Shown here piece by piece: positions 1-11,364 of a DNA stretch of 64,000 nt. This stretch comes from Tubiluchus corallicola (Eukaryota; Animalia; Priapulida). The DNA lies in contig JAQGDQ010000022.1 of assembly GCA_030141605.1 (NCBI GenBank), positions 496,001 to 560,000 of the forward strand. The letters run 5' to 3'. A model generated the notes under the pieces. It was not told the origin of the DNA and did no database searches. It was given only the letters and a program-made list of their open reading frames with translations. Position 1 is the first letter of the stretch. Each line of letters opens with the position of its first letter. Position numbers and translations under genes: made by a program.

Positions 1-784
1 TTGTATTGAAAAACACTAACTTTCACGACTCACAGCTTGTGTTCAGGCTCTCAGGGTGTAAAAAACGAATTCTTCTTGTTAACATAACAGTGCAGTTAGT
101 TAAAATACACCAGTGGTTGTTTTTGTTTGTGAATAAGGATCGGTCGTGCTGCAAGCCCAAGCACATAAAAATGATAAAGAGAATTAGCTATAAACTGTTA
201 ATTCAACTGTTTTATAAATTCTCTAAAACAGATATTTGTCCTGATAGACTGCAAAGATCTGCTTTCATCATATCATCATCATACGCCCGTCACGTCTATT
301 GTAGATATTGGGCAGGCAGAATTCTAAAATAAAAGAATAAATAAAATAATTTTAACGGAAGTGGTGCTGACAAGCCACTGGCGTAGCAGTGTCTAGTTTT
401 TCTGCTGGATTACTGCTACGTTTACCTGTCTGAAAGCAGAAAGATCTGCTTTGTATACTTTGGAATAGGTATCAATATGATGAATCTTCTAATAATAAGT
501 ACAAACTTTCAGTCAAAGCATACTCATATTGCCAGTCTCAAAGAAAATAAAATGAGAAATTAATGTAGAACTTTTTCAATCACGATAATGAACGTTAAAC
601 GCGGAAATTATGGTAACGATTGTAATTTATTGTCAGATAATTGTACATTTTATATTTCCGTCTTCAAACATTCTGTTACCGTTACCGTCGAAGGATAGAG
701 GTTAAGCATACATAGCTGATAAACCTCTCCATTCTTCCTTGTTTACTTTATCACTATTTAACAATTCTGTAGCGATCATAGACA

Positions 785-2370
785 TAGAACATTTATTTTC
801 TCTAGTTAGTTTAACATCAAAAGTTTTTTAAATATTAAGTAATTATAATCATGGAGTAGGGCAGGGAAGGACCATAGGGTCATCCAGTCTCCTGCCCTTT
901 CTTATAAATAGATTGGTATATTAAAAATTAACGGTGATGCTGCAGATAACAAAAACGAATAAGAAAAAATAATAAAAACAGTATAAATGATACAAATTAT
1001 CCAAAAAGAACTGAAAACAAAAAATAATAAAGTTAGATACCTAAAGCTAAACAAAACAATACAATTATTCGGTAATTAGGATTATTATATGTAGTAGTTT
1101 CAAATGGGGTCTTATTAAGGTTAGTGAGTAAAGTTAAAAACTGAGAGTATGGAAAGAAAAAAATAAGCATCAAAAGTGTATTATAGAAAATTTATGAGAA
1201 AAAGTAAGTATGAGAAAGAGCAACAATTACTTAGGAGATGAGGAGAAAAAAAGAAAAGAAAGAAAAACTTGCTAGCTTGCTTATTAGTCTTACAAGTTAT
1301 GTACTACTGGTATATCCATTTAGTAAGATTTTTGTGTATTTTTTGGAAGCAGAAAATAAGCTATCTTCAACGGTATCTTTTGGCAACGAATTCTATAATT
1401 TAACTCCTCGTGATTTTAAGCTATTGAAACCATTAGAAGCAGCTCTTGTGAAGTAGGAATGTATATCAGAAACATTAGTGAAATAATAAACCAACATTGA
1501 ATTTATACATAAATTTGAACAACTCAAGATTGTAAATATCTCTTACCTTTAAAATTTGTAATTTTATGAACGATGGTGTGGCATGATCATATTTGCGAGC
1601 AAAAGTTATTAATTTTACTATTTTGTTTTGTTGTGTCTGTATTAATTTTTGAATTGATGCAAAAGCCGTACCCCATGTTAAGATGGAATATTGTAAATAA
1701 GGGAAAATTCATGAATTATATAGAAGTTTCAGAATATATTGGTCAACGTAGTGCCTGATTTTTAAAATTATTCCGGTAATTCGACTTAATTTGTATGTCA
1801 TGTGTTTTACATGTGGTTCCCATGATAATTTGTTATCAATAAGTAGGCCCAAGTATTTGATGTTGTCTGTTTCTTCAATTTTGTGTTTGTTTATTATAAT
1901 ATGAAATTTTGGATTATTAGCACTGTTAATTTGCTTGTTGTTGATTATCATAAATTTGGTTTTTTTGTAGTTAATTGATAGCTGGTTTGCCCTCATCCAC
2001 AGGTCTATTTTCTTCATTTCTTCATTAACAGTTTTTTGCAGATTATTTATATTGGAGTCAGACATGAACAAATTAGTGTCATCGGCAAATAATCAGATTC
2101 AAAAGTTGCTGCATGTGGGGATAAATTAAGAATAGAAGAGGTCCTAAATTAGAGCCTTGTGGCACTCCACACGATATGTGTTTATAGTCTGATGATACAT
2201 GTTAATAGATATGAATTGTTTTCTGTTAGTTAGATATGACTGAATTAGTTGCAAAGGTAGACTTCTGATGCCGTAATGGTTTAATTTGGCTATTAGTATA
2301 GTATGCTATACGGTATCAAAAGCTTTTGATAAGACTAAAAATATTCCACAATTCAGTAATTTTTTGTCAG
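785..2370 (-). mobile_element. Degenerate non-LTR retrotransposon (L2/Crack/CR1-group) 3' half: RT domain and 3' UTR
   Basis: Minus strand encodes RT motifs LSKAFDTV (~2310-2335), GVPQGSNLGPLLF (~2130-2168) and FADDT (~2076-2090). ORF 1709-2071 (WMRANQLSINYKKTKFMI...IKYLGLLIDNKLSW) is typical RT C-terminus. Frameshifts present; boundaries approximate. Confidence 0.9.
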
Positions 2371-2479
2371 TGTCTAGATCAGTGTTAGTTTAAACAATAT
2401 TTTTATTTGGCAAGGAACATTACAATCATAAGTACAATAAATACAATAGCCAATAAATCAAACACTGATTGGCTAATAT

Positions 2480-2640
2480 GTATGTTTACTTATGTTGTCT
2501 TAAGGGATCGTTGTTCACACCATTCACAAAAACCTCATTGGCAGCAACTACTCCGATCCCCAGGGAAGAAGAAAGCAGTATTACTGCAGCAGACTTCTGC
2601 CTTTCAGAGAGTAGATACGTCATTTATAACACACATGATT
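2480..2640 (-). mobile_element. Short 3' UTR fragment of a CR1-like LINE family
   Basis: Shares GAAAGCAGTATTACTGCAGCAGACTTCT and flanking sequence with the copies at 3725-4320 and (inverted) 5420-5545. Confidence 0.65.
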
Positions 2641-2959
2641 ACAAGAACTATTACTGTTAGTTACAAAGCAGAACGAGACTGAGAAAGTTAAGTAAAGTTT
2701 TCAGTAGTGGTGTGCGAAAGGGTGGAACAAGTTGGTTATGATGTGTTTGATGTTGATGTTCAGCTATGATGTTCAAAAATAGAATGAATGATAATGAAGC
2801 TAATGCAAGAAAAATGAAATTATTGGGGTTACGGGAATGCAAAAGTATAAATAATTTGCTCTGTCAGGTAGAATTCAGAGATTTTAATGTACTATAGATT
2901 TAATTTTATTAATGAAAGCACCCACTTTGTATGATAAGCGAAATAAAAGCAGCTACATA

Positions 2960-3460
2960 GCATTGCTAGAATCACTAGAAAGTGAGATATGGCCGTATAG
3001 TAGTACTTAGATTTTATTCCGAGTGAGTACATTTATAGGATAGATATACTGGGTACGGATTTGTTGGTAGAGTGGATAGTGCAATAGAAAATTACGTGGT
3101 TAGGATCTTCATAGGGAGCGCCACAGGAGCACTGCGGAGAAGGGCAAATGAAATTAAAATATGTGTGTGCTTTTAGCAAACTGCAATTCATTCTTATCCG
3201 TGGCATATGAACCTGCCCAAACCTAGCACCAGCAGTAAAATGAAGTGGTGAGTTACTAACTTTAAAATCACCTACGTTGTCTAGCTTACGTTTAAACTGA
3301 GTAAGCGAGTGGGCATTTCTAATGTGAAGGGGCAAATTGTTTCAAACTTGGGTTGTCACACTTATAAAAGAACTTTGGCAAAGACTAGTTCTATGATATT
3401 CATTATAAAATTGGTCGCTATTACAAAGTGCATAATTCCCTGTAATCATTCTTACTGTGG
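2960..3460 (-). mobile_element. LINE ORF2 C-terminal fragment with zinc knuckle
   Basis: ORF 3033-3335 has RIRMNCSLLKAH...CSCGAPYEDPNHVIFYC, the CCHC-type knuckle found at LINE ORF2 ends; preceded by a W/NxLP...FKRKL-like segment. Confidence 0.8.
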
Positions 3461-3724
3461 GTATTTTCTAGGTTTGAAGTAGTAGTAGTAATGATAATAT
3501 TCTAATTAGTTTTTAGTCGTGTTGTGTAGGTGAAGGAGTTGTGAATGAATGTATACTATCGATGTAGCCCCTCCCATTCACTGCTTAGAACCTTTTGTAA
3601 TAACAAAGTCATCAGTCAAAGCTTGTTACTCTGATTAGACTAAACAAACAAAGTAATGAGACTGAGGAAAAAGTTGGGTTTTGTAACTATTAAGGTAGAA
3701 ATACAGCGTTTAATAAAAAAATTG

Positions 3725-4320
3725 GCTTGCTTACATATGTTGGCTTCGGGGATCTTTGTTCACATCGGTGCACTAAATCGTTACCTTCTTTGATCTACGT
3801 AAAGACGAAAGCAGTATTACTGCAGCAGACTTCTCTTGAAAAAGTGTTCAGGATTTGTGTTTTTAAGACGGTGGCGGAAAGCAGTAGTAGAATTGCAACC
3901 GATAATGATAGGGTAGAAACGACACAAATAGTTCCAAACCAGCACTACTCTAACTGCAAAACTAGCTTGGTGAAGTTAAGTCTGGCACAGTCATTGAAAT
4001 GTTTGTAGTTTCCCCTAGTGTATAGCTTAACATGTCGCAGCTGAAGAATTCATCGAAACTGAATATGACAAGCTGCCGTGAATGATATTATATACCATAG
4101 CTAAATAACATGTAAACGTCTTTCCTCCAATACTGTTATGTAGAGTTCTTGCAATTGCTGGGGTTAAGTAAGACTCTCCATAACTGCATCTCCACTTATA
4201 AATCTTTTCTGTACTGATTCCAGCACATTAGTGTCTTACAAATAACAACGGTCACACACTGATCTTGCATGCTCGAGATATTACAAACGAACAAAACAAC
4301 CAAAGTCTGAAATCTTAAAC
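3725..4320 (-). mobile_element. CR1-like LINE 3' fragment
   Basis: Minus strand reads LEHARSV...DTNVLESVQKRF, followed by the CR1 C-terminus and 3' UTR. Homologous to 4900-5550 in the opposite orientation. Confidence 0.75.
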
Positions 4321-4899
4321 TCAGGCTTAGAAATTGACATTAATCATTCTCAACAAGCCGTTAGCTTTCTTGGCGATAATATTAACTATAGTGAATGTGA
4401 TTTGGGGGTGATCACAACTTTGCATTTTAATGAGTGCTTTTGTTTATAATGATAATTGCTGGCTATATACAATGGTCTAAACTATGGGCAAAAATTCAAA
4501 TTTGCAAAAATTGTGGTCCACATTTAATAGAAATACACAGTTCGTATCTTCCAAGTTTCAGCATGTTTTCTCGGCTGCATCGAAACAACTAGTATAGTAC
4601 CTGTTTGCCGAAAATAAAAAAAGTTGTGTGCAATATGCAAAATTTCCTTCTCTGGGCATATTGCAAAAAATTACATTACACTCTTTTCAGATTCTTGCGA
4701 CAAAGGAATTCCTTTCGCCTTGCTTGTTCGGTTATAGACAAACTCTGTCATGTAGTTTTACAAGTTACCTAGGTTACCTAAAATGATGTACAGAGCCTAT
4801 AGGTTTTCCTTGACAAATGTCTGCATTTGTTTGCACAGGACGCATATGCCAGCTAACAACTTTTCTAACAAAATAGTAAGGACAAAATAGTAATAGTAA

Positions 4900-5550
4900 G
4901 GACAGCATAATTGTGCTGTCTAATAGCTCTTACGTGTTAAGCCAACGTTAGATAAAATGTATGTGTATGAACACGTGAGTCCAGTTTTGGAACTCATATT
5001 ATTTGAAAGACATTGATGTGTTGGAATAAGTACAGAGAAGCTTTACATGTGGAGTTTCAGGTATGGGGACTCTTACTTTCCCTCTTTCTCTCTTCCCTTT
5101 CCCTCACCAATTGCAAAAACTCCACATAAATTATCATCACTGAAAGAAAAATATTTACAAGCTTATTTAGATATAATATGTAATGCCATTCGTGGCAATA
5201 TTATGCTCAGTTTCGATGATTTTTTCAGCTCTGCCATATTAAGCCATGCACGAGGGGAAATTACAGACTTTTCAATGACCCTGCTAGACTCAAGCTTCGC
5301 CAATCTAGTTTTGCTGTTAAAAGACTGCCAATTTGAAACTATTTGTGTCATTTTTACCCATCGTTATCGGTGCCAAGTCTACCAATGTTTTCTGCCACCA
5401 TGTCAAAAATTCAAATCTTGAGCACCTTTTGAAGTGCACAAGTCTGCTGTAATAATACTGCTTTCTTTTCTGGGAATTGAAGTTGTTGCCAACATGGATT
5501 CCTTGCAGTGATGCGAATTTCCAAAGCCAGTAAATATAAGTAAAAGTAGT
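4900..5550 (+). mobile_element. CR1-like LINE 3' fragment
   Basis: Degenerate SPVxxxY..KDIDVLExVQRSFT and TRGNYRLF...ARLKLRQSSF motifs of the CR1 ORF2 end, then the shared 3' UTR. Explains ORFs 5047-5421 and 5163-5351. Confidence 0.75.
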
Positions 5551-5557
5551 TATGAAC

Positions 5558-5710
5558 TATGTGTAGATGATACTTTCTTGTTGTTTAAAGATGAAGCACA
5601 CATCTCGCCCGTTTGTTTAATAGTTGAATAAGCAACACTTGAGCATATAGTTTTCCAATGTTCTTGAAAATAAAACCTTGCCATTTTTGGATGTCTCAAT
5701 TACACAGTCT
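5558..5710 (+). mobile_element. Penelope-like element RT fragment
   Basis: Frameshifted VDDTFLLFKDEAHI...LNKQH.SI.F...NKTLPFLDVSIT, the characteristic Penelope RT C-terminal motifs. Confidence 0.75.
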
Positions 5711-5820
5711 GGCAGTGGAGTATGATTTTTCTAAAGTATGCTAAAGCCTAATTATGTTAATTTTTACTTTTGTTTATATAAGCTTTCTTAATTTTCTCTT
5801 TTATTTATTTTCCAGGTTCT

Positions 5821-5835
5821 ATGAAAATAAGGTGA
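5821..5835 (+). promoter_or_regulatory. Short upstream ORF (MKIR*) in the TTC24-like 5' UTR
   Basis: ATG AAA ATA AGG TGA lies between the splice acceptor (ttttccAG, 5814-5815) and the main ATG at 5840, out of frame, ending 4 nt before it. Confidence 0.5.
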
Positions 5836-5839
5836 AAAG

Positions 5840-7762
5840 ATGGACAGTGACAATGATGATATCTTGTCCTTAGTGGAGCAGTACACAGCTACTGGTCACT
5901 CATTCGTTGAGAAGGGTATAATGAAAGAAGCTCTGACGGCTTTCCAAACGGCATTCAAGTTAGCTGTTCAATCAGAAGACGAAGTTGTAGAAAGATCTTG
6001 CGCCTTTAACTTGGGTGCTGTGTACATTGCATTGAAGGATCCTATTAAGGGATTAGATTATTTGCATCAAGCTCTTCCTCCAGAAAGTTCTTCGGAGCAT
6101 CATGCAAGTACTGCTGTAAATGACGATGATGATAGTGATGCCGATTCTGGTGATCTATTTTTTAACTTTGCATTGGCACACGAAACATTGGAGGACTATG
6201 AAGAAGCGCTGCGTTACTATGGAAAAGCACTTTCAGCGTACCATCAATACACTCCCAAAAATTCGTTCATGGAGGGTGAGGTGTGTATCAAGCAGGGAAT
6301 GATGTACAGTAAACTGCTAAAGCCAATACAGGCAGCAGAGCATTTCTGCAATGCTGGTAAGGCATATGCGCAAGTGAATGCTCATCGACGACAGGCTACT
6401 GCTTTACTTTACCAAGCTAATCAGCTTTTGGGTGGTGCAAAACAGGATGAATGTGTTTCCGCTTTAGAAACATGTGTAGGCGTGTGTCAAAAACTTCCAC
6501 AGACAAAAGAGCTAGGAAAGCTGTTAAATGAGATTGGTTTGACATTTATGTTAAGTAAGCAGTACTATCGTGCAGCTACTTCTTTTGAATCTGCACTTCC
6601 GGTTATTCGATCTTGCAAGCTAAAAAATCCAAAACATGAAGGAGTAATTTTGCAAAATTTAGGAGCTTCATATAATGCACTGGGGGAATATCAACGTGCA
6701 CTGCCTGTTCATAAAGCAGCTACGGTTTTGCATGGTGAATTAGGCAATAGAAGTTCACAAGGTCAGAGTTACTGTAACCTTGCATATGCTTATGCTCAGC
6801 TCGAAAAGTATGATAATGCTGGTGAAGCTTATTTGCTTGGTTTGCAGGCCTTTAGAGATACAGGTGACAGGCACAGTCAATGGCAGGCATTAGAAGGCCT
6901 AGGTTCTGTAAGCTTCCATCAATGCAGATATGATAAAGCAGTACAGTTCTTTGAATTAGCATTGAATGTCATATCTACTTCAGAATTCAACACCAGTGCA
7001 CAGTCACGTATAGTTACCAAATTATCTGATGCTCTGCAGCATCAACTGGAACAGCAGTTGACTCTACAGGGTGCACTAAGAGGCTTTACACCCATGGCTT
7101 ACCATAGAGGATACGAAAGTGACATAGGCTTTGGAAAGACCTACGTATCAAATCCCATTTCTAGACATATTTCCCATGCTGGGCACGTTCAACCATTTGT
7201 AGTTCCACAGAGCATGTCTGCTGGAAATGTTTGTAATGCATCTGCGGCACATGGCTCATCTGTGTCACGGAAGCAACAAAAGGAAACCAGTGAAACTGCA
7301 GAGTGTACAGGTCGTGTTACTATTTCTCAACAGCAGAAGGCAACAGCATTAACTAATGGAGATTTGACTGTAAAATTTTCTTCTGCTTCTTCTGTAGAAT
7401 CATTGAACAGTTCTGTGTTAGAGCCAACACCAGTGACGAGTGAAATAACTCCTATCGAAGAAATGAATGAAGAGGCCTCAAATGAAGTTACAGTAAACAA
7501 TAAATTAACAAAAGTTCCTAAAATGAGGAAAAAAGAACCTAGTACGTTAAGAAAAGTAATGCAGCCACAGCTTTCTGCTGACTTCTTATTTGATAGAAGT
7601 GATTTAGCTTTGCCAGAACGAGGCCGTATGAATGCTGACGAATATCACAGACATGTAGCTGAACAAAATGACTTTGAAAAGCATTTGCGACAAAATAATA
7701 TGCGACATCACTCAAAAAAGATTAGGCTAAAATGGGGTTCTAAAGTTTGTGGTGTGATGTAA
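5840..7762 (+). CDS. TTC24: Tetratricopeptide repeat protein 24-like, single coding exon, C-terminal CaaX (CGVM)
   Basis: 640-aa ORF. TPR repeats match recalled TTC24 segments (CAFNLGAVY, GDLFFNFALA, QNLGASYNALG, QWQALEGLG, RIVTKLSDA). Low-complexity linker, then basic tail and CaaX. Polypyrimidine acceptor at 5815 and in-frame TGA at 5822 fix the start codon. Confidence 0.88.
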   Translation: MDSDNDDILSLVEQYTATGHSFVEKGIMKEALTAFQTAFKLAVQSEDEVVERSCAFNLGAVYIALKDPIKGLDYLHQALPPESSSEHHASTAVNDDDDSDADSGDLFFNFALAHETLEDYEEALRYYGKALSAYHQYTPKNSFMEGEVCIKQGMMYSKLLKPIQAAEHFCNAGKAYAQVNAHRRQATALLYQANQLLGGAKQDECVSALETCVGVCQKLPQTKELGKLLNEIGLTFMLSKQYYRAATSFESALPVIRSCKLKNPKHEGVILQNLGASYNALGEYQRALPVHKAATVLHGELGNRSSQGQSYCNLAYAYAQLEKYDNAGEAYLLGLQAFRDTGDRHSQWQALEGLGSVSFHQCRYDKAVQFFELALNVISTSEFNTSAQSRIVTKLSDALQHQLEQQLTLQGALRGFTPMAYHRGYESDIGFGKTYVSNPISRHISHAGHVQPFVVPQSMSAGNVCNASAAHGSSVSRKQQKETSETAECTGRVTISQQQKATALTNGDLTVKFSSASSVESLNSSVLEPTPVTSEITPIEEMNEEASNEVTVNNKLTKVPKMRKKEPSTLRKVMQPQLSADFLFDRSDLALPERGRMNADEYHRHVAEQNDFEKHLRQNNMRHHSKKIRLKWGSKVCGVM

Positions 7763-8010
7763 ATAATATACACATGTGTAACAATTATGTGCGCATGTCA
7801 ATTTTTATGAAAATAATTAATGAAAATGTGAATATTTGGAGGTATTTCATGTTATGATGATGTAGCAAATCTATATATACAATAATTAAAGTGTCTAATA
7901 GAACAAAATGTTGTAGCAAAGTATTGTAATTTTGTTATTAGCTGCAATGAGGCAATTTTTAATATTACAGTAACGAGTTCTTGGAACCACTGCTTGTGAA
8001 GTCAGATGTG

Positions 8011-8011
<1 letters not shown>

Positions 8012-8060
<49 letters not shown>
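8012..8060. repeat. (TA)n microsatellite
   Basis: Direct reading. Confidence 0.98.
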
Positions 8061-8066
<6 letters not shown>

Positions 8067-9279
8067 GTATATGATCAGCCTAATCACATTGATTGCAAAT
8101 ATATAAGTATTTCTTTACGTATGGATGTAACGAAATCCCGGCTGTTATGTACATTTTATGATGATCGGCAAGTGCTGCATGCCATTATAGTATTGTATCT
8201 GTATCTTACAACCACAGATGATTAAATGTCATGTTCAGATTCTCTAACTTTTTTTACTTGTTGCCCTTAATCATTCAGTACTAATGCAGAAGTTGTCATT
8301 AATAGCTATTCATTTTCCACGTTTATGTTTGCTCATTTTCTTGTGCAAATGCGGCTCGCATCTATATGGCTTTGCACCTGTTTTGGTATCTCAGTTTTTT
8401 CATTGTGCTAGGACTATGTTTCAAGAAAAAACGTTTTATTGTGTGTTGATAATTATTTATGTTTCGTGAATCTGTTTAGATGTTCTAATGACATTCTTAT
8501 GATTGAATTTTGATCTTTTTCAATGGCAGTTATGTATTAAAAGTGCAATAATTAGCACTTCCATGGCATTATTTAAAATAAAAATTTTAATGTTTAAGTG
8601 CATTTGTGGCAAATTGCTTTATAATAGCAGACATTCTTTAATAATAATCATTTTGTCAAATCACCATGTTGGCTTGTGTAGAACAAATGTTTTTGGTAAG
8701 TTTTATGTTTGTGCACACTAATTCTAATAATATTTTTGTTGTTTAAGTTAAATTTGAATTATTCAAATTATTAACTGTATCTTTAGCTATTAATGCGATG
8801 CAGTCGTGCGATTTTTACAAACAATTGCTATTGTAACTCATAAGCTTCCAAGTAAAAAATCAAGAAGGCAAATAAGTTGGAAAACTGCTTTTGCAATCAA
8901 TGCATTTGGCTGATCGTAATAATCAAAAGTGCAGGGAATTCGTTATCTTAATCATCATTGTTTAGCCTGTTGTTGCTTTTGACCTATCGATAGTTAGTAC
9001 TTTTCAAAATCAATATTAATGACTCCTGAGCGAGAGTTCTCTTTCTCAACAGATTGGTCGCGGGTAACAACTTATATTACCTAACAACTTTAAAGCCTAA
9101 TCTAGAGGTCTCCCGTATTGTGAAAATGCAGCAATCTGCACAAGAGGACTTTTTCAGAAGTGGTGCTGACAAGTCATTGGTATAGCAATGTCTTGTTTTG
9201 TTGGGCAACTGTTAATGTTATTCTGCATGAATCATCAAAACCATCCGGGCAGCATGCTTTTTCATATATTTTAGTGTCG

Positions 9280-9750
9280 TTTTATTGCGAATTAATAAAA
9301 ATCAATGACTGGATGTTAGCCAACAGACTGTCCGTAAATTTAACAAAAACCAGGTACATGCTAATTGGAAGGAACGTATCACAAAAGGGGAATTCACTGT
9401 TTAATTTAAAAATAGGTAACCATGGTTAATTTTAAGCCAACTGCATTAAGTACCTTGGGCTCCAAATTGATAGTCAATATTAATACTATAGTATAGCAAC
9501 AAAACTAAGTAAGACTGCACGTATATTTGCAAAACTACATTACTTTATATGGCAACCCTCAAAATGACATATTTCACTTTAGTGTATCCTGACTTACAGT
9601 ACTGTGTGGTATGCTGGGAAAAACAAAGCAATATATATTACAACCATTTTATAAAACAAAATTGTTAAATTAATTACGTTCTCTCATTACACAGCACTAC
9701 ACATTTTTATAACCAGCTAAATGTACTAAAAGTTTTTGATATATATATTT
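9280..9750 (+). mobile_element. L2/Crack-like LINE RT fragment
   Basis: ELIKINDWMLANRLSVNLTKTRYMLIG, IKYLGLQID, YFTLVYPDLQYCVVCW; degenerate. Confidence 0.8.
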
Positions 9751-9753
9751 ATA

Positions 9754-10773
9754 AGATTCGAGGCTGCAGCTTATGCGGCGATCTATATATCAAACAAAAG
9801 GTCTCAATCTAGTGACGTGCCATTGGGGAATTACTTTTCGAATCAGGCCCATCGTGACGAACGGGGGGGGGGACGAAAAACCTCTTATTTCTGAAGAACA
9901 GGATAGGGTGGTGCTGGTTATGGATAGATAGCCCGTTCAGCGGTGGGTGTAGTAGGCGTATTTAGAATTCGCGAGAGGGCCATGGCGTCCCATAACGGAA
10001 GTTTTCCCGGACCCAACTCCTGATTTTTTCAAAATTTTGACCAAACAACATGCGGAACAAACATCCTAGCGGAGCCTGGTGGAACTCCCGAACAGAGATA
10101 TATAGCTCCTTAGAAAGAGGAGGAATAGGGCTACACAATGGTGTAGGCTGTATTTTAGGACACGTCCACCAAGAGGAGTGATGACGAGTTAATTAGATGT
10201 TCCATTTTTGGCAGTTTTCACTTGGAAAACTGCTGACGCAAAGCCATTGTTCTGACGTCATCCATTATACTCTGTCTGTAACCTTATAACTTTAATTCAG
10301 TAAAACTGCTGCTGGCTTTGCATTACAAATGAGGACTATGTGGGATGTTCGTGTATTATTGATTGTAAGCGTACTTATTATGTGCAAAACTTTTTGCGGG
10401 GGCCTTTGCTAGTCTATACATTAATTTCGGTGGTATATATGTGTATATATTAGATTCGAGGCTACGCTTTCAACGGCGGCACCATTTACGGCGATCTATA
10501 TATCAAACGAAAGGTCTCGAAACCTCCAAAATTTTTCGGCCATCTTTTGCAAAACTTATACCTCTTATTTCTGGAGAATGGGAACGTCCCGGGGGCGGTG
10601 TCAGTAATGGTTAGATAGCCCGTTCAGCGGTGGGTGTAGTAGGCATATTTAGAATTTGTGAGAAGGCCATGGCGTCCCGTAATGGACGTTTTCCTGGACC
10701 TAATGCCTGATTTTTTCAAAATTTTTACCAAACAGCCTTCAGAAGAAACGTTCTAGCGGTTCCTGGTTGGACT
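9754..10773. mobile_element. Two tandem copies of a non-autonomous repeat (Helentron/DINE-like candidate)
   Basis: Copy 1 is 9754-~10440 and copy 2 is 10452-~10773. Both start AGATTCGAGGCT after TA runs and share GGCGATCTATATATCAAAC and GATAGCCCGTTCAGCGGTGGGTGTAGTAGGC blocks. No ORF. Family assignment is inference. Confidence 0.65.
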
Positions 10774-11007
10774 TATTATTCAGTTTAATATGATAAAAAA
10801 GTTTTGTAGGTTCACATATCGGATATACAGGTAACGCCAGATACCCATTGCCTTTTTCCCTTTAGGCTCTTTAGTAAGTTTGTTGTTTAGTAAGTTTGCT
10901 TTAAAACAAATTTATAATAATCACCTAAAATAACTTTAGTTAAAAAAGCAATTTTTTTGTTTACCTATTTAATCTCATTAGTGTTATTTTGTTTTTCCCT
11001 GACTCAG

Positions 11008-11364
11008 GAAAAGAGCTCCATGTCAAGTTCAGCAACACTTCCTGGAGAAGCTGACCTCTTAAATGACATAAATGAGAATGATACTGGCAGTGAGTTGATG
11101 GATACCCAAACTACCCAAGGTGGTGAAAAAGATGGTGAATTGATGGTCAGAGAATTGGTGCAAAATTTAACTCTTTCTCATGACTTTCTGCTGTGCTCTG
11201 CCAACTTATCTGCATTATCTCGAGGACAGAGAGATGCTGCAATGTTTGAAAAGCATGTTGCTATGCAAGATGACTTCAAAGACAAGCGGCGGCAAAGCAA
11301 TATGCCACAATCTCGGAAAAAACGTAGACAGAAAAGGGGCTCTAAGGTTTGTGCTGTGATGTAG
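11008..11364 (+). CDS. Putative alternative terminal exon or truncated paralogue of the TTC24-like gene, ending in CaaX (CAVM)
   Basis: Acceptor (tttttccctgactcAG, 11006-11007), phase 0, open to TAG at 11362-11364, in-frame ATG at 11020. The last 63 aa align without gaps to the 5840-7762 C-terminus (30/63 identical by hand count). Confidence 0.75.
   Translation, partial: EKSSMSSSATLPGEADLLNDINENDTGSELMDTQTTQGGEKDGELMVRELVQNLTLSHDFLLCSANLSALSRGQRDAAMFEKHVAMQDDFKDKRRQSNMPQSRKKRRQKRGSKVCAVM

Noticed and set aside
4035-4065. CTGAAGA...CGAAAC resembling a hammerhead ribozyme core
   Set aside because: No proper stem II/III or cleavage triplet; it is the antisense of CR1 coding sequence and the sister copy lacks the core.
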